Both the position numbers and the translations under genes were made by a program. From a virus (lineage: Duplodnaviria > Caudoviricetes): a stretch of DNA of 64,000 nt. Position 1 is the stretch's first letter, and every line of letters begins with the position of its first letter. The DNA lies in IMG/VR virus record IMGVR_UViG_3300032116_022045, one strand, 5' to 3'. Below, piece after piece: positions 60,513 through 64,000 of this stretch. The notes below the pieces were generated by a model. It was not told where the DNA came from and did not search any database. It was given only the letters and a program-made list of their open reading frames with translations.

Positions 60513-60954
60513 TTTTTTCTTGCCATTTATATGAGATTGAATCATCTTCGATAGGACCACCTTTGGCCCATGTTCTACAACTTCTAGCTGAATGACATTT
60601 AAAATGATGCATCCAACAATAACCTAATCTACCATCTTCATCAGATACTGGACCTGGCATACAATCATCCATTCTTTTAGAGATATCAAAAGCAACACAA
60701 TTACCACATCTAGATTCCATAGCAGCTTCAACACTAGTATCCCAATGGTCAGCTATATTTTCCCAAAAATCAGCTGGTTCATCAACATTTAACGGACCAT
60801 ATTTAATGTGTGGTTCATTTATTGCAGCATCTCTATTTTTAGTGTTTAATTCTAAATCTTGTGTTGCTTTTGGACAATCCATTTCTGGTTTACCTAAAAC
60901 TTGTCTGTTTTTTCTTTCAATTAATATTTTTTTGTTTTTTTCTATTCTTCCCAT
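60502..60954 (-). CDS. Cys-rich small protein (metal/Fe-S-binding candidate)
   Basis: CGNC...C...GYCWMHHFKCHSARSCRTW. Confidence 0.65.
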   Translation of the reverse strand: MGRIEKNKKILIERKNRQVLGKPEMDCPKATQDLELNTKNRDAAINEPHIKYGPLNVDEPADFWENIADHWDTSVEAAMESRCGNCVAFDISKRMDDCMPGPVSDEDGRLGYCWMHHFKCHSARSCRTWAKGGPIEDDSISYKWQEKNEK

Positions 60955-60975
60955 AATTAATCTTTTTAATAAGTA

Positions 60976-62334
60976 TTACCAGTTTAATCTATCATTTAAT
61001 ATTTCATTAAAATTATCATTATCTATGTTACCATCAAAACCATATCTAGGGTAATTAAAATCAATTTTACCGTATTTTTCTGAGTAACCAGTAATAAATG
61101 ATGATGTGTCCATACCATATAATAAAATTGGTTCAGGACAAGTTATCTTTAATTTTATCTTATCACCATACTCAACATTTGTACCACCAAAATGATTAAT
61201 TATATGTTTTGTTATTTGGTCGTAAGCTTCTTTTTCATCAGCTTGACGTTTAGCGTCAGATAACGCACCATCTATTTCACCAATAAATTCATCAAGTATA
61301 GCTTCTTCAAGTTCATCATCATCCATTTCATTTAAATCATAACCATTTTCTTTAAGTTTTTCCTTAATTAAAGACATATTTTTGTCATTAATATCATCTA
61401 AATAATATAACTTGATATCACTTCTACTATAATCATAATCAGTATAATTATCATCTAAATCTCTTAAAAACATTGCTGGATTAATGTAGTTTCTATCTTC
61501 TTCAAAAGCGTCTTCAAAATCACCCCAATCATTAACAACAATGTAACAAGAATCGTTAGCAACTTCTAAATCACTAAATTTAAGTGATTTAACTCTATCT
61601 TTTAAAAAATTATTATAAAAATTTCTTAAACCAGCGTTTTGTTTATTATCGATAAATTCAAATAATTCTATTTCATTATCATCAATATCCATAAATTGAC
61701 TTGTTTCAAAATGAAACTGATATCTATCTTCATAATCACTTTTATTTATATTAATAAATAAAGGACCTGTTTTATCATAATAATCAAATCTATTTGTTTT
61801 AGATTTATGTCTATCATCAAAAGATTTTTCACCCCATGTTGTGCACCATTCAGTACCTCTACCATAATAACATGAGGCATATTCTGTTTCTGGTATAATA
61901 ACACACCATTTTTCATCCTCATATACTTTTTTAGCACCATCAATAACAGAACACAAATCAACTTGTTTACCTGATTCATAACTAGAATAATCTAATTTGT
62001 TTTTTACGATATTACCGAGTTCACCAAGAGTTTTAAATTTGTCGTAATCTATGTTTTTAAATTCAGATTGTTTAAATTTATCAAATGTTTGTATGTATTC
62101 TGTTGCTCTTTCTAAGTCTTCTAGTTTTAATTGTTTATTCTTATAAATTTTTAATAACCACTTAGCATAAGGACTTAAAAATTTTGGTTTTGAAAATGGG
62201 TCAGCATTAATAATTAAGTCATATTCCTCTTTTGGAATGTCTTTATAAAACTTAATATAAGCGTCATCGACAGTTATTTCTATCAATAAAGACTTAAGTT
62301 TTTTTAATTGTGTTTCCGTTATTTTTATTTTCAT
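60976..62334 (-). CDS. Putative internal head protein with a GT(E/K)WCT domain; paralog of the central domain of 57573-60512
   Basis: Leader MKIKITETQLKKLKSLLIE; YYGRGTEWCTT, YQFHFETSQFMD. Confidence 0.7.
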   Translation of the reverse strand: MKIKITETQLKKLKSLLIEITVDDAYIKFYKDIPKEEYDLIINADPFSKPKFLSPYAKWLLKIYKNKQLKLEDLERATEYIQTFDKFKQSEFKNIDYDKFKTLGELGNIVKNKLDYSSYESGKQVDLCSVIDGAKKVYEDEKWCVIIPETEYASCYYGRGTEWCTTWGEKSFDDRHKSKTNRFDYYDKTGPLFININKSDYEDRYQFHFETSQFMDIDDNEIELFEFIDNKQNAGLRNFYNNFLKDRVKSLKFSDLEVANDSCYIVVNDWGDFEDAFEEDRNYINPAMFLRDLDDNYTDYDYSRSDIKLYYLDDINDKNMSLIKEKLKENGYDLNEMDDDELEEAILDEFIGEIDGALSDAKRQADEKEAYDQITKHIINHFGGTNVEYGDKIKLKITCPEPILLYGMDTSSFITGYSEKYGKIDFNYPRYGFDGNIDNDNFNEILNDRLNW

Positions 62335-62366
62335 TTTTTTATCTAATTAATAAATATTGTTTTGTA

Positions 62367-63884
62367 TCACCAAAAAGTACCGCCCCCACTCAAACCAAGC
62401 AATTTAGAATATCTTGGAAGTCGGCAGCTCCAGTAACCTGGTGTTGTCTTATCATTTTTACTTTTACAATTATGTCTATCAGCAAATCTTTTTCTAGCTT
62501 TTGGGTCTCTTAATTTAACAGCTAAATTACCACCACCAGATTTAGCACCAAAAGATACTTTTTTAATATTACCTGATTTTGGGTCTTTAACATAAACATA
62601 GAATTTTTTAGAACCACCTCTTTTTGGTTTGTTTAATTGTACCTTTTTACCTTTATATTCAGCTTCCTTTAATGATTCTTTATTAACTTCTTCAAATATA
62701 AAATTCATTTTTAATTTCTGGTTATTGTATTCGACATACATATTATCAAAATCATTTATAATAAAAGAATCGTTTTCATTTAAAGCAAGTAAATTATTTT
62801 TATATAATTTTTTTACTTCAGTCATTAAATTCATGAATTTTTCTGAACCATATCTAAATACTGATTCACCTAATGCAATACCATTATCTAAATGATATTG
62901 TAATTCAGGTGATACTTGAACATTTTTTGTTAATTGCATTGGTTTTGACCATTCACTATAATCATCATTAATATTACTATCTAAAAAATGATATACTTCT
63001 TCAACATCATCAGCAGAAGTTGCGATATGGTCTAATGCCCAACCATGACCATCTGATAAAATAGAATCAACTTTATCACAGTCCATAGATAATATTTCTT
63101 CTACAGCGTCACATATTGTTTTTAAGTTAGCCCAAAACATATAGTTATTAGTCTCAATTTCATCGTCATGGTTAACGTTTTGATAATCGTTTGATGGATT
63201 ATATTCATTACTACCTTTTGGTGCGAATATGCTTAGCTTTTTGGGGTTAGATAATAAAAAGTTTTCACTAGATTCATCCACAGTTTCTTCATCACCTTTA
63301 TTATCAACATTTTCATCAGAATCAATATTGCTGTTATCATCAATATTATCATTGCCATCATCGCTAGTATTAGACTGATTAGTGTTTTCATCATTTTTTC
63401 CAGATTTTTTTACTTTTTTAATTATATCTTTTTGGTCATCAGCATCCATTTCACCAGTATGTGTTGCTGACAATAATGAATTAATAGCAAATTTTTCTAA
63501 TTCAAAATCTGGTTGACCTTGTTCATCTGTGTATTGTCTAAGTGATTGACCTAATTTACCAGTTAATTGTTGTATAAATTTCTTTGGGTCTTCTTCTTCA
63601 TCAGCTTCAACACCAGCGTCAAATGGTTCTTTTTCAAAAGGCATTTCACCAGAATCAGCATCTGTAGGTTCTGTTGTATTATCTACTGCTTGATTGTCCA
63701 CTGGTTGATTATCCATTGGTTCGTCCATTGGTTGTTCCATTGGTTCATCAGCAGGGATATCAGTAGGTTCACCCATTGGCTGTTCCATTGGTGCCATAGG
63801 TGCTGGTTGTGCTGGTTTAGGTGAAGATATCTTTAATTTATATTTAACTTCTTCAGTTAACTTATCAATTAAACTTTTTTTTTT
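62367..63884 (-). CDS. Multi-module protein (Pro/acidic linker, HGWALDH module, basic C-terminal module), probably the -1 frame continuation of the upstream ORF
   Basis: The frame is open from the A10 run (KKKSLIDKLTEEVKYKLK...) through ATG 63797 to ...GGGTFW. Confidence 0.7.
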   Translation of the reverse strand, partial: KKKSLIDKLTEEVKYKLKISSPKPAQPAPMAPMEQPMGEPTDIPADEPMEQPMDEPMDNQPVDNQAVDNTTEPTDADSGEMPFEKEPFDAGVEADEEEDPKKFIQQLTGKLGQSLRQYTDEQGQPDFELEKFAINSLLSATHTGEMDADDQKDIIKKVKKSGKNDENTNQSNTSDDGNDNIDDNSNIDSDENVDNKGDEETVDESSENFLLSNPKKLSIFAPKGSNEYNPSNDYQNVNHDDEIETNNYMFWANLKTICDAVEEILSMDCDKVDSILSDGHGWALDHIATSADDVEEVYHFLDSNINDDYSEWSKPMQLTKNVQVSPELQYHLDNGIALGESVFRYGSEKFMNLMTEVKKLYKNNLLALNENDSFIINDFDNMYVEYNNQKLKMNFIFEEVNKESLKEAEYKGKKVQLNKPKRGGSKKFYVYVKDPKSGNIKKVSFGAKSGGGNLAVKLRDPKARKRFADRHNCKSKNDKTTPGYWSCRLPRYSKLLGLSGGGTFW

Positions 63885-64000
63885 AATTTAACACCTCTAC
63901 CTTTTAATATATCAGCTCTAGTAACTTTACCATCACCAGTTAAATCAGGAAAACTTTTTTTACGTTCATCAATATTTTTAGATGGTTTAATGTATATTCT
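63869..64000 (-). CDS. C-terminal end of an upstream ORF with an EF-hand/dockerin-like loop (partial)
   Basis: RIYIKPSKNIDERKKSFPDLTGDGKVTRADILKGRGVKLKKKV*. Confidence 0.7.
   Translation of the reverse strand, partial: RIYIKPSKNIDERKKSFPDLTGDGKVTRADILKGRGVKLKKKV

Noticed and set aside
1619-63824. Many short antisense or overlapping ORFs in the track (e.g. 6303-6788, 34958-35446, 46348-46632, 49888-50310, 55431-55859, 57689-57919)
   Set aside because: They lie within confident genes and mirror their codon bias or repeats; no motifs or starts support them.
1-64000. Stop-codon reassignment (as in some huge phages)
   Set aside because: Core genes are intact in the standard code, and TAG/TGA end genes normally (pol TAG, sigma TAG). 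The split at 14958 is a TAA with a frame change, not readthrough.
1-64000. Eukaryotic giant virus origin (PolB, SNF2, GME, glycosyltransferases)
   Set aside because: T4-type capsid, portal, protease, terminase, neck and spike genes and bacterial promoters/terminators indicate a tailed phage.

Overview
AT-rich 64 kb segment of a large T4-related (Far-T4/huge-phage-like) myovirus genome. No tRNA, rRNA or CRISPR array was seen, and the standard genetic code fits. TAnnTTTG promoters and the absence of obvious Shine-Dalgarno sequences point to a Bacteroidota host (inference). Contents from left to right: neck genes (gp15/gp14/gp13-like); SNF2 helicase with a mini-intein; glutaredoxin; family B DNA polymerase; tail-fibre and baseplate genes; a small late operon with a stand-alone WYL protein; a ~21 kb glycan and nucleotide-metabolism island (about 12 glycosyltransferase-like genes, 5 methyltransferases, UDP-sugar dehydrogenase, GDP-mannose epimerase, NadE, dUTPase, GuaC/IMPDH, PhoH); a gp55-like sigma factor; a gp5-like spike; the head module (capsid, scaffold, protease, intein-bearing portal, terminase); and modular putative internal head proteins. 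Most notable observations: (1) the first glycosyltransferase is split by GGT-TAA-AT-GGT directly behind a 15-bp GC-rich hairpin, a candidate T4 gene-60-like ribosomal stop-hop; (2) the portal intein starts with Pro, has Cys at block F4 (class-3-like) and carries an HNH nuclease; (3) a recurring ATATTTAT(A/T) late-promoter candidate; (4) modular polyproteins punctuated by candidate [IL]-x-E prohead-protease sites, two of which share a 41-nt identical block; (5) a candidate -1 frameshift in an A10 run at the right end. All family assignments come from motif recognition by eye; no database search was run.
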